NCBI GenBank assembly: GCA_964016885.1
Contig: OZ024741.1
Coordinates: 229,834,001-229,898,000 of the forward strand
From: Eledone cirrhosa
Taxonomy: Eukaryota
DNA: 64,000 bases
Reading direction: 5' to 3'
Notes under the pieces: generated by a model
The model's input: only the letters and a program-made list of their open reading frames with translations
The model's database searches: none
What the model was told of the DNA's origin: nothing
Part shown: piece after piece, positions 26,752 through 38,439 of the stretch
Layout: every line of letters starts with the position of its first letter
Numbering within the stretch: the first letter of the stretch is position 1
Made by a program: the position numbers and the translations under genes

Positions 26752-27476
26752 CTTCCTTTAAATGGTAGAAATGGATGGTTAAACAAGACAGGTACCACCA
26801 AATAGATAGGCACACGAGAAAGTTGTTCTTAGACACAGACAGGGATGAAGTCTCTCTAAAACAAATAGGAAATGTAACCTCTCTAGGATTGACTGAGCAA
26901 AGAAACAAGTAAGCCTGTCAAAGACACAAGTCAAAGGAAATCCTTCTAAATACAGAAAAGAAAGTTTCGATCTCTTAAATTTAATTAACAACAGTAAACA
27001 AGTCTTCACATATTACAGGTTGATGTCGATTACCTCCCCTTGTTTCATAGTTCCTATTCTCTACCTCTCGTAATTGTTACTTTACTTATATATATATATC
27101 TGTTTATTATACACATACCTACACGCGCACGCATGTTTATCATTCGAAGTTTGAAAATCGGAGTAAACGATTTGTGAAATTTCTGTCAATATATGTTTAA
27201 ATGCGTATATGCCTGCATACATAAGTACGTACGTGAGAGGTAGAGAATATATATATACATTGCTATTCTCTACCTCTCACGTATGTATCTTACATACTTT
27301 CTATTCCCTACATCGCTGTCTATTATTTATTAGTTTTGATAATCCTTCTACATGATTAAACACAAATGTCAAGTCGATATTTGATTTAGATATTATTATA
27401 GAAAAATACTCCCACCGATTTCAGTGGAAAATAATTTTTCTTATTTTTTTTTTCTTGCGCTATCAATGAAACTTAC

Positions 27477-27790
27477 CTCCTTATATGCTGTAAAGGACTT
27501 TTTTTCCGAGAAAAAGAGTAAAGGCACTCGAACTTGGAGTTTTTTCTTTACCATTTTCCACCTTGGTTCTTCCTGTGCTACAAACTAGGTTGGTATTGGA
27601 GTTAGGGAGTAAAGAAAACTCCGGTAACGGGGAAGATCCGAGGGTACCCCTTCCGCCTCGGTTTTCCGGGAAAGGGGGCCTTTGCAGCATATTCGGAGGT
27701 TGATTGCACACGAAAAAAATGGTAAAGAAAACTGGGGCTGGAAAATTAGATGGTTCCCCACTTCTGCCCACTCCTTTGCAGGATGTAAGT
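27477..27790. promoter_or_regulatory. GC/CpG-richer island, candidate CINP promoter and 5'-UTR exon
   Basis: Local CpG enrichment ~0.7 kb upstream of the CINP ATG; consensus minus-strand donor GAG|GTAAGT at 27476; contains upstream ATGs. Confidence 0.45.
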
Positions 27791-29539
27791 TTAATTTAGC
27801 ATACGAAATGGCTGGTGGTGTCTTTCTATAAATTTATTGGACTTTATAACATTCAAGCATTTTCAAAAGATTAAATAACGTAAACTATTTATTTTTATAT
27901 TTAATAATTGATGCTAAAAGCGATCATCTAACGGTGTACTACTTATGCAGTTTCATAAACCGGTGTCTCATATATACATGCAACAGAGATTAAATGTTCC
28001 ACCTCTTATATAATGTGCTAATGTGCATATGAATAAAATGTATGTGTGTGCACGTATGGAGCATCATCATCAAGTAACGTCTGTTTTCCTTGCTAGCAAT
28101 GTTTTACTAAATCGTAGCACCTGTCAGGCCGGGCACCACATTTAGATTACATCCATTCCCACACTTTACTGGATGTACTATGGAGACTGTCATGTCTTAG
28201 ACACAAACTGGAAAGTTTCTTTGATTGGATACCCTTCCTGTCACCAGCCACTTTACAGAGAGTACTAGCACCGACATTAAGAGGCCGTCATGTCTTAGAC
28301 ACAACTGAAGAATCCTCTCGACAAGTTTTCTACTACTTGGTGTCCTTCCTGTCAGCAACCACTTTACAGAGTGTACTGGGTATGTTTTATCGTCGCACTA
28401 ACATTAGGAAGGTTCTCATGCACTTGACACAACTGAAGAGTCCTCTCATTCCTTTGTTCGGTAATTTCCCATGGCTGGATACTGTTCCTAACACCAATCA
28501 CTTTACAGAATGTACTGGGCTCATTATATCATGGCAATAGCACTGATCCTGACATAGAATAGTTACTAACCACCCCACCCTATTTTTCCATTTTTCAATA
28601 TACTACTGATTTTGATAGTCAATTACTGGGCTAAATCAAGTTATGTTAAAATCTTTAAAAAATACTTGTACGAATTAAATACAAAAAAGTTTCAGTCCAA
28701 AACAAAAGCAAACTATAAAAAAAAAGATTTGATCTCAGTCGAAAAAGATTTGATCTCAGTCGAAAAAGCTTCTTTTTTTTTAAATTCTATATTTCACTGT
28801 TAGCTGTTGTAATATTTTGAGTAGATAGACAATTCTACAATTCAAACTGTAAGGTCAAAATACAAAAGATGCAAAATATGAAGAATTTCTTACCATTCTC
28901 TGAAATCACAAACTCAGGGGAAAAATAGTACCTTGCAAAATAAAATACCTCGTAGCAAAATAAAATATTTAGTAGCAACGAATGAATTGAGAAGCTCTTG
29001 TCTCTGATTTTCAGCCCCATGGATTTGATCTGTTATATTTTGAATACCTGATGATGTCACCGGATTCATACTGAACCCGGTCATTGAAATGATCATAGTA
29101 TAATAAACTTTTCAAGGATTTACACCAGTCCAGCCTCCTGTTATTTTATAATAATTAACTCCGTACTCGCACCACCAACTACACAAATGAAGACGGGTGA
29201 GTTGCATTACGTTGAGTGCTCTTCATAATATTACATCGAGGTTGACCATACGGAATGACCAGTTCTATCTAGTAGTGAACCAACAAACCTAAATAAATAT
29301 ATATATATATATATAATTGGAAATTTAATAAAATCGAATCTGGCGGTTTGCAAGAAAATTCGGCCTACTTATATGAAATGATGAGTTAGCAAAGCACTCG
29401 ATAAGGTAGGTCCTTAGAGTAATAACATACGTTTAAAAGCTTGACAAATCGAACATTGTGGTAGGCAAAATCTAACACACAATAATATACCAAAGTAACG
29501 ATAGAACTAACAGGTTGAGAAAAATATATATATATATCA

Positions 29540-29882
29540 TTTCATCATCATCATTTCATTTTATGTCCGCTTTTTCCCTGCTTGCAAGGGTGGGACGGGA
29601 ACTGATTCTGGCTTGATTTCTACAGCTGGATGCCCTTCCTAACACCAACCTCATTTACAGTGAGTGCTGGGTGCTTTTTTGCCGTGGCACCTGCACGACC
29701 ACTTTGCAGTAGAATGATATGGACCGCAGTCCCTATCATCTCATTTCTACAGCTGAGTAAACTGGAGCAATGTGAAATAAAGTGTCTTGCTCAAGGAAAC
29801 AACACATCACCCGGTCTGAGAATTGAACTCACAACCTTTCGATTGCAAGGCCAATGCTCTAACCACTAAGCCATGTGCCTCC
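29540..29882 (-). mobile_element. tRNA-derived SINE with RTE-A-derived tail (copy 2)
   Basis: Near-identical to 12027-12366; flanked by (TA)n. Confidence 0.85.
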
Positions 29883-30152
29883 ATGTATATATATATATAT
29901 AAATGAAGAGAGAAAGAGGGAGGGACAAAGAGAGTAAGAAATGTGTGTGTGTGTTTGGTACACGTCTATCTATCTATCTACAACAGGGGGCTCAAACATG
30001 GTAGACCAGACTGAAAAAAAAATATATATATATATGTGTGTGCGTGTGTATAATATATATATATATATATATATATTATACACCCACACACATATATATA
30101 TTTATCCTCACACAGTTAAATATAAATGCATAGCTAGATACATACGTAAATG

Positions 30153-30835
30153 TATAATAATAATAATAATGAAATTATTGTGTAAAGTGCTCAGGTGCAC
30201 TAGAACTCGTCAAAGGTGCATGTATAGTACATAGAATAATACACAAATGTCAGGGAAGTGAATAGTGTATGAGTCATGATATACATGTGTGTATGTGTAT
30301 GGAGGGGAAACATTAGGTGTAGTGTTGGCGAATCTCGGGAAGCATGAGGCCTTAAAGGATGCAGTGTCTCGACAACTAACAACCGATGCAGGTAGTTTGT
30401 TCCATGCTTCAGTAACTCTGAGCATGAAAAAATGTTTCCGAAAGTCATGGGAACTGTACTGTTTTCTAACTTTGTGGGCATGCCCACGTGTGTTAGACAC
30501 ATGGTAATCAAAAAGTTACTCAGGGTTGTTGTTGGCAAGATGGTTAACAATTTTGTGGGTGTTTACCAAGTCAGTTGCCAGGCGTCGGAGCTTTAATGTA
30601 TCCATGCCCAGGGAAGCAAGGCGCTCAGAGTATGGTAGATGCTTGATGGAGGGTATTTGCTTGGTTGCACGTCTCTGAACAGTTTCCAGGCGGTCAATGT
30701 TCTGAGCAAGATATGGGTTCCAGACTGGTGATGCAAATTCTAAGTGTGGCCATGTACAGCCTTAAATAGATAGCTGGAGAGTGACTGACAAAGGTCTTGC
30801 TGAGTGATGCTAAGACACCCTCGGCCCTCTTGACA
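30153..30835 (-). mobile_element. CR1/L2-group LINE 3' fragment
   Basis: LEFASPVWNPYLAQNIDRLETVQRRATK..PYSERLASLG..NTRGHAHKV..WNKLP; same family as 23657-24262, opposite orientation. Confidence 0.88.
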
Positions 30836-31049
30836 TGTATATATGTATGTAGATTTATATATATATATAAGTATTGAAGTTTCCGTTGAAAATTGAAAAA
30901 GTCATAGGAGTGAAGAGTGCTCTAAGTAAGTTACAGAGCTAAATTTAATGTATAATAAACAATACAATATAATTACCTCATCATATTCTGTGGTGACAGT
31001 CAAGTTTGCAATTTTTGAAAATTGCAAACTTGACTGTCACCACAGAATA

Positions 31050-31088
31050 TGAACCTGAAGATTGCGAAAGCATGAAAGTACTTGTTCA
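31050..31088 (+). ncRNA. Minimal type-I hammerhead ribozyme motif (PLE pseudo-LTR type)
   Basis: TGAAC-CTGAAGA-TTGC GAAA GCAT-GAAA-GTAC-TT-GTTCA: stem I TGAAC/GTTCA, core CUGANGA/GAAA, GNRA-capped stem II, palindromic GTAC stem III, UH site. The 10.1-11.1 pair is a T-T mismatch. Confidence 0.7.
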
Positions 31089-32105
31089 ATTAACACTTCT
31101 CATACTATTTCATTATAATATCATTATAATTTTAAAGGATTGTAAATAAAACGAGTAAATCAGACAAAGTTGGAATTCCTTTTATTAATATATATATAAA
31201 TATACATACATACATACATTTACGTATGTATATAGCTATGCATTTATATTTAAGTGTGTAAGGATGTTGACATGATTATTTATGTTGTTTTTTTTGGTAT
31301 GGAGAAAATTCTGTCTCCGAATTTTATTACCTAGGGAGATTAAATACCACAGCTCTGGCTGAAAGCTGACCAGGTTCTCAACCTCATCAAACACTAACGC
31401 AGGCCTCTGTGTGTATATGTGTGTGTGTGTGTATGTATGTACGTATGCATGTGTGTGTATGTTCCTATGTATGTATATGTATACACCCACACCTTTCATC
31501 ACCATTGCTTCTTTTTGTCATTTCTGTTGAAGTTGTTCTTGTAACTGTTGTCAAAGTTGACGTCCTTATGTTCATTTTCTTTTATCTCCCTAGGGAATTC
31601 ATTGACAGGCTTCTTTTATTTATTTTCTTCATTTTCTTCATTCAAATGCATTCACACTGGGTGTCTAAGAGACGTACAAATATAACTTATAAAACTTACC
31701 AAACTAAAGAGACTTCCGGCGCCCCCCTAACGCCTCCTTGCTCCCAAACGCTCCCCTGGAGCTCCGAAACGCCCCCCGGGAGGAGGTGGCATATGTACCC
31801 CGTTGAGAACCTTTGTTCTAGAATATAAAGTACTATTGCTATAGAATATATAGAACCACTGTTATGGAATATATACAATATGTATATTTGTTCTCCTTAG
31901 GACAGAGCTCTTTGGTGAAAGTATTACAATTACTATGCTATAGGTCTCACAAACTAATTAGTAACAGATGACACCATATACACATAAATATATATATTCA
32001 GCTTCATTTTTCCTTATATTTTTTTTAATAAGTAAAAATATGAATAATGACAACAATAACAGAAATTAATAGTTTTATTTATACATGTGTATATACATAT
32101 ATATA

Positions 32106-32180
<75 letters not shown>

Positions 32181-32234
32181 CGTTTCTGAATTTATTTAGC
32201 AAGATTCTTTATCTGAAAACGTGTGTTGAAACCG

Positions 32235-33421
32235 ATATTGTTATACTTTGGGAGGGTCATGTTGCCAATAAGAAACACACGCACCAGTTGCTTTCACTTC
32301 AATTTATTATAATAAATTTATAAATTTAGGAATTTATAAATTTCCTGTTGGTTGGTTGGTTCCACAACCAGATGGTTGTTTATATATTGTCAAAGTTCTT
32401 TCGTCACACATTCTGTGACCTCTTCAGTGACTGGGGATTCTTTTCTTTGTTTTTTGTGCCTCTCCTTTGTTCTGTCCTATGCCATCTTGTTTTTGTGTGT
32501 GTGTTGTGTGCTTAGTTTACGCATGTGTTACATCCGGGTGTCTGTGTGTGTTTATATTCGTTTATTTATTTGTTTATTATAATGTTACTGGTTGGTTGTT
32601 TGTTCTATGTGCGTGTGTGTTTTCATTTTGTCCTTAATTGTAAATGTCCTTAATTGTGATGTTGCTGTTCCCTAATTTACCCTTATGTTCTATTTTAGCA
32701 TGTTGATAGAGTACAAATGATTCTTTACTATCTTGAAGGTCTCGCCAGTGTTCATTTATCCGTTCCCCTATACTACAAGCTGTCTCACCTATGTACACTA
32801 TATTTTTATCTCTACATTGTCCTTCAGTACATCTTATGCTATATACTACATTTCTAGTTTTACAGTTAATATGGAGACTTAATTTACAGATTATACATTT
32901 CTTATCTATACAGGGAGGTCTTTGAAAAGGGTATGTCTTGCTAATAAGTGTTTTTATGGAGGTACCTGGTCTTTCTACTATCTTAATATTGAGTTTATGT
33001 TTATCTAGGGCCCTTCTAAATTTGTAAGCTAATTCACCTCTAGGGGTTGTATTGATGAACATTACACTCTGGTATTTATTGCTATCATACCATGAGTTTA
33101 TTCTATTAGCCTTATTCCTAGTTCTTTCTATTCTATTCCAAAATTTGCTCCTATACAAGGGGCAGGTCCCATTTGTGTCATTATTTACCATTTTTTCCCA
33201 TTTGGTTCTGGCTCCTCTATACACTCTGATTTTATCTCTCTGATTGTAACCAGAGAACTGCATACGGTGGAACTTTGACAATATATAAACAACCATCTGG
33301 TTGTGGAACCAACCAACCGGAAATTTATAAATTCCTAAATTTATAAATTTATTATAATAAATTGAAGTGAAAGCAACTGGTGTGTGTGTTTCTTATTGGC
33401 AACATGACCCTCCCAAAGTAT

Positions 33422-33428
<7 letters not shown>
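32235..33428 (-). mobile_element. Penelope-like element, 5'-truncated, with inverted pseudo-LTR copy
   Basis: ORF 32634-33296 has a Cys linker and GIY-YIG motif (RNVVYSIRC...VYIGETACSIGERINEH). 32235-32398 is repeated in inverted orientation at 33270-33428. Flanked by (TA)n-rich DNA. Confidence 0.9.
32389..32431 (-). ncRNA. Minimal type-I hammerhead ribozyme motif in the PLE pseudo-LTR
   Basis: Minus strand GTCA-CTGAAGA-GGTCACA GAATG TGTGAC-GAAA-GAAC-TT-TGAC: stem I GTCA/TGAC, 6-bp stem II with one extra G, same GAAA-GNAC-TT layout as 31050-31088. Confidence 0.65.
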
Positions 33429-33478
<50 letters not shown>

Positions 33479-33669
33479 TGGTGTCTGTAGCATTTCATTA
33501 TCATCCTCATCATCAACGTTTTTATGTCCGTTTTTCCATGCTTCCATGGGTTAAACAAGGCTTTTTAAACGCAGTATTCAACAGTTGAATGCCTTGCCTG
33601 ATACCATTCTTTATAAGTAGGGTACAGATCGCAATCAAATAAACCTTCTATGTGATGGAAAGCTTCTTT

Positions 33670-33846
33670 TCATGCAAAGAGGTCACATGGCAACTGTTCC
33701 TTGCTTGGGAAACTAGTCTGAGTTCCAGCTTTCTGGACACTGAAAGAGGCTATTTTATTGGATCTTCGAATCATCTCAGTGGGGTTGAGGTGAGGATGGC
33801 AGGAGAGGTAATAGGCCAGGCTACCAATGAAAACATCGCCAGCACC
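33670..33846 (-). CDS. RBKS: Ribokinase, exon 8 (terminal)
   Basis: GAGDVFIGSLAYYLS...IRRSNKIASFSVQKAGTQTSFPSKEQLPCDLFA*. PfkB signature 2 (DST|GAGD) is completed across exons 7/8. Acceptor atttttag. Confidence 0.95.
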   Translation of the reverse strand, partial: GAGDVFIGSLAYYLSCHPHLNPTEMIRRSNKIASFSVQKAGTQTSFPSKEQLPCDLFA

Positions 33847-33911
33847 CTAAAAAATAGAGCAAAAAGAATCTGAAAGATCAAAGGTTAAAATCTATTGAAG
33901 AGAGAAGGGGG

Positions 33912-34327
33912 TGTAGTGACTAGCGCCATCTCTGTCCGGAACCAAACTATTTGGCCAGTATATAAGGGAGCGTTCCGACACCTCTCTCTCTCTTTTCACC
34001 TTTTGGCCGCCTGCTTAGTAGGCCAGGAACAGCTACTCTAAAGGTAGCTCTTAGCATCTTATTTCTCTTTTGGTCAAGCTTTTCCGACCTGCAACACATC
34101 TGCTGAGGACCTGTACCATAAGGCTCAGCTCAGATGTATTCCAATCCTCTTACAAGGATTAACAAAGCAAGTCACAGGTATGTCATTTAACCATTGTAAT
34201 ACACACACGCACAAGCACACGAATAAAGAAAAACTACCTTCACATACTGTTGAGAAGACTTATCGTTGTTATCATATATATTATTTCCTGTCTGCATCTC
34301 ATCATCTTGCTTCCTGCTTTCCTTACA
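33912..34327 (+). mobile_element. Possible solo LTR
   Basis: Starts TGTAGTG, has TATATAAG at ~33959 and AATAAA at ~34222, ends ..TTACA; no matching TSD seen. Confidence 0.35.
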
Positions 34328-35647
34328 TATTCTTGTGTTCCTTCACTTATTGAATTATTAAATTAGTAATAGTATCTACTAGAGTAAATAACCTTATGAC
34401 CAGTTCATTAAAGGGGTAAAACTCAAAGAAATATTTTTATATTTAGCCATTTTGATACCAACCCGCTCATAACTGCTTCTGTTTCTATGAGACAAAATTA
34501 TCTATTTTAAAAGGTTACTCTCTAAATTAAAATCTTCCACCATAATTTGATATAAAAACCTGTTGTTAAGTCACAAATATCAACTTAATAATGAAATAAA
34601 TAATAATTTTAGTAAATCTCATCAAATTCTATATACATTAATGAAATTCAATCTATTTTATTAGAAAGATGGTAATGAAAGAGTTAATACAATCAATAAT
34701 TTAGAATCCAAAGGATTAGTTAGGGATATATATAAATATAGTAACTGCTAGATGGCAGCTACAACTTCAATTCATATCCAATATTATATATATTAGAAGT
34801 GTGGTAAGGAACCAGGTGGACCCACCAGAGTACTCGATACTTAGGGTAGTAGAGTAGGTAATAGGAAAAGTGCCAGGACCCCGACAGCTGAACTCTGGCC
34901 ATTTCGACAGCTAGATACGAACTAGCTGTTCTTTTTCCTTTAAACAACTGAAACACTATGCCAGCATAGAGAGTGGGTATAAAATGATGCTGATGGTGAT
35001 GATATATATATATATAGATACTATAAATTATGTCCATAGAATCATTTGATAAGATATATACACTATTTCCTCTCCCAATTAGCATAATCAACCACACAAC
35101 AAACCAATTAAACCAGGCTATAAGATTAAAAGGCACCTATGAAGAAATAATAGATAAATAAACGACAGCCATCTATTTGCAATCAACAGCTATAGAATAT
35201 TTACCCAGCATTTCAATAGAACTGTGGAAATCGATTAAATATATAGTCAACCACACACAATTAAGTATAAAATTAAAGTTAGAAGAAAAAATGCATATAA
35301 ACATGTGTGTATATATATATCATCACCATGGGCATCATTTTATGTCCACTCTCTATGCTGGTATAGTGTTTCAGTTGTTTAAAGGAAAAGAACAGCTAGC
35401 TCATGAAATTTACATACAGACATGTGAACCCTTAAATTGTTCTCAGGGAGATTCAATATGACAGAGTGTGTGGCAAAGCTGGCTCTTTGAATTACAGGTA
35501 CAACTCATTTTGCAAGCTGAGTAGACTGAAACAGCATGAAATAATGTGTCACACACACACAAACAAATAGTACTGACCAGCTTATATCCACACACATACA
35601 ATGAACCAGACCAAAGTGAAGCAGACACTTGAACAATTTATACTTAC

Positions 35648-35836
35648 TGTACTGTCCACAGCAGTTACCACACAGGCAGGTATATGGGTCACTTCTTGCG
35701 TGCTTTTGCAACCATATACAGCACCTAGAGAACCAAGGGTGATTATAACATTGGAACAGCCTCGTTCAAAGAATAATGGTACAGCTGACTTGGCATCATC
35801 CACAGACTTCACGGATCTGCCAATGAGGAGTTCACT
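35648..35836 (-). CDS. RBKS: Ribokinase, exon 7
   Basis: SELLIGRSVKSVDDAKSAVPLFFERGCSNVIITLGSLGAV...HIPACVVTAVDST; 189 nt, phase 0/0, tttcacag and GTAAGT boundaries. Confidence 0.95.
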
Positions 35837-36284
35837 CTGTGAAATGAAAGAGTGAGAACATATAAGAAAGAGAGAAGGGGATTGAGAGAGATATAGAGAG
35901 GAAGAAAGTATGGAAAAGGAAGATATAAGAGTAGTGACTAATTCCGCACTACCTCTCCTTACTTATTCTTGATTCTGCTCTGGTGGGAAGATGACAAAAA
36001 TATTGAAACGTTGGACAAGATCTACATACACACACACACAAACATATATATATACAAATGTGAGAAATCAAAACATATCAAATATGTTAGAATGCTGTGC
36101 TTCTCAATAGACTTTATCTAGAGTAATAATAAATCAAATGTAAAAGAGATATGTATATATATAGAGAGAAAGAACCATATATTGTAGAGGATACACAGTA
36201 TATTGTATATATACAATATATTATGCATTCTCTATGATATATGATTCTTTCTTTCTCTATGTATACATATATCTTTTACATTTG

Positions 36285-38280
36285 ATACCAATCATGCCCT
36301 CAGACTCTTCAACTCCTTCTCCTTCCCTCCTGGTCCCTCTTGCCTTCTCTTTACCCTGGACATCACCTCTCTCTATACCGTCATCCCTCATGATGACGGC
36401 CTCCGTGCTCCCAACATGTTTTACACTTACGCCCTACCCCTTACTCCAGCACTACCACTCTTCTCCATCAGGCTGAGCTTGTTCTCACCCTCAATGGCTT
36501 TTCCTTTTCAGGTGAATTCTATCAGCAAGTCTCTGGGGTAGTGATGGGAACCAGAATCCAAACCATGCCAACTTGTTTGTTGGCTATGTCGAAGCCCAGA
36601 TCTTCTCCCAGTACACTGGACCAACTTATGAGCTATACGGTCGTTATATCGACGACTGTATCGGCGCCACCTCTCTATCATGAGAACAGCTCAACTGCTT
36701 TCTTTCTTTTGTCTTATCTTTCCATCCTGCTCTCACTTTCACCACCTCCATCTCAGATTCTTCTGTTGCTTTTCTAGATATCTCTCTCTCTATCACACCC
36801 TCTCTACTTCCATCTTCATTAAACCAACAGACTCTCACTCTTACCTCGACTTCACCTCCTCCCATCCAACCCACACCAAACACTCTATACCCTATTTCCA
36901 ATTCCTCCGTCTTTGTCAGCTCTGTAGCCAGGACGACGATTTCAAACCCTATTCCCTTCACATGGCTTCCTGCTTCATCCAGCGTAGATATCCCCCCTCC
37001 CTGATCCAAGCTGCCCACACCCATGAAACAGACCGCACCACAGCCCTCTCACCTCACCCCGGCCCTCCCAACACTCGCATTCCTTTCCCTCTCACCTACC
37101 ACCCCATCACCCTACCACTCCGGCGACATATCCTCCGTTCCATCCGTATCCTCTCTTCTCGCTTTTTTCCAAACCCACCCATTACTGCTTTTAAGCGCGC
37201 CCACAACCTCCTGGTTCGCAGTTCCTTCTCATCCTCTCCCACAACTCCACCTGGCTCTCATCCTTGTTCTCGTTCCCGCTGCAACACTTGTCCCTTCACT
37301 TCCACCCTCACCACTCTTACAGGCCCTAACAGGTCTTTCCATATCCACCATTCCTTCACCTGCACATCCACCCACGTTGTCTATGCCCTCCAGTGTCCCC
37401 TTTGCAGGTCTTTATATATCGGACAAACGGGACGCCGTATGGTGGACCGTTTTGCTGAACATTTGAGCAACATACGACTCAGTTTGGATACTCCTGTCGC
37501 CCATCATTTCTGTTCTGGTCATTCTTCCCTACATGTCCTGGGTGTCCTTTTAAATCATGGATCACAGGCCTCGCACACCAGGACTGAACAAAGTCTGGTT
37601 CACCGACTTGGGTCCTATTCCCCTCTTGGACTCAACTCACCTCCCCACTTTCTTTAATACCCCGTTCATTATCACACATGCTTGTACATTCACCTCTAAA
37701 TTCCTATCACTCTCTCTTGATCATTAACATCTTCTCTTACAACTAATACAGGCCGACTATATATGCTCACTCCACTTTTCCCTTCACTGCTCTCTATACA
37801 CACATACACACCCTTATATTAACATACTTTTGCTCATAGCTTCGTACTTACATGCACACACACTCTTTTACTTACATATACACACACATTTCTTCTTAGC
37901 TTTGTACGAACGTATAACAACACACACACGCACAAGCTTACGTACGTGCACAAGTATAGCTCTTTTTACAAAACGTTTTTTTTTTCATTTTCTAAAAAGT
38001 AAATCATACACAAAATGCCAGCACCAATAGTTTTGCAACATGAATGGATCTGTTTGCAATAGATGTCAACGTGAATGGATCTGTTATTTTTATCTAAAGA
38101 CATTTTTTCCAATTCCAACCCGCCCGTCCCCTCAATCTATCTTATTTCTCATTCTTTCTTCTGGTGAAGGACTAGCGTCAAAAGCGTTAAGACCCTCTTC
38201 CTGCTATATCAAGCATTAACCTAATAAACCCCTTCCATATACTGTACCGATTATGTTGTTATTTCTGTTTACCTTTTACA
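36285..38280 (+). mobile_element. Penelope-like element (RT + GIY-YIG), frameshifted, antisense in RBKS intron 6
   Basis: SLDITSLYTVIPH, YQQVSGVVMGT, YGRYIDDCIG, KPTDSHSYLDFTSSHP, THVVYALQCPLCRSLYIGQTGR...RFAEH, ending PLGLN; 3' pseudo-LTR runs to (TA)n at ~38280. Confidence 0.92.
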
Positions 38281-38439
38281 TATATATATATATATATATA
38301 AAGAGAGAGAGAGTTAGTTCCACAACAAATTAGTAAAACATACTCGAGGCCACGCATTTCACCAAACGGATTTTAAACCTGTGTATGGTTGTGGTGAGAA
38401 TATCTAAATAACTGACTGAATACACGTCTTTTTCTCAAA

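Noticed and set aside
27481-27771. 96-aa ORF as the CINP N-terminus
   Set aside because: It stops before the consensus donor; the 26658-26751 exon gives a better phase-compatible start. An internal G|GTAAAG donor is possible but unsupported.
28890-29270. Unique-looking sequence with short open frames on the minus strand
   Set aside because: No recognisable protein motif, and the only intron that would join the frames is too short (~30 nt).
31331-31406. Exon-like segment RPALVFDEVENLVSFQPELWYLISL on the minus strand
   Set aside because: Plausible splice sites, but I could not join it in frame to neighbouring segments or recognise the peptide.
38155-38195. Hammerhead in the 3' pLTR of the 36.3-38.3 kb Penelope, and a similar remnant at ~25945-25985 (-)
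   Set aside because: Core nucleotides are mutated (CTGGTGA/AAAA; TTGAAGA), so these cannot be called ribozymes.
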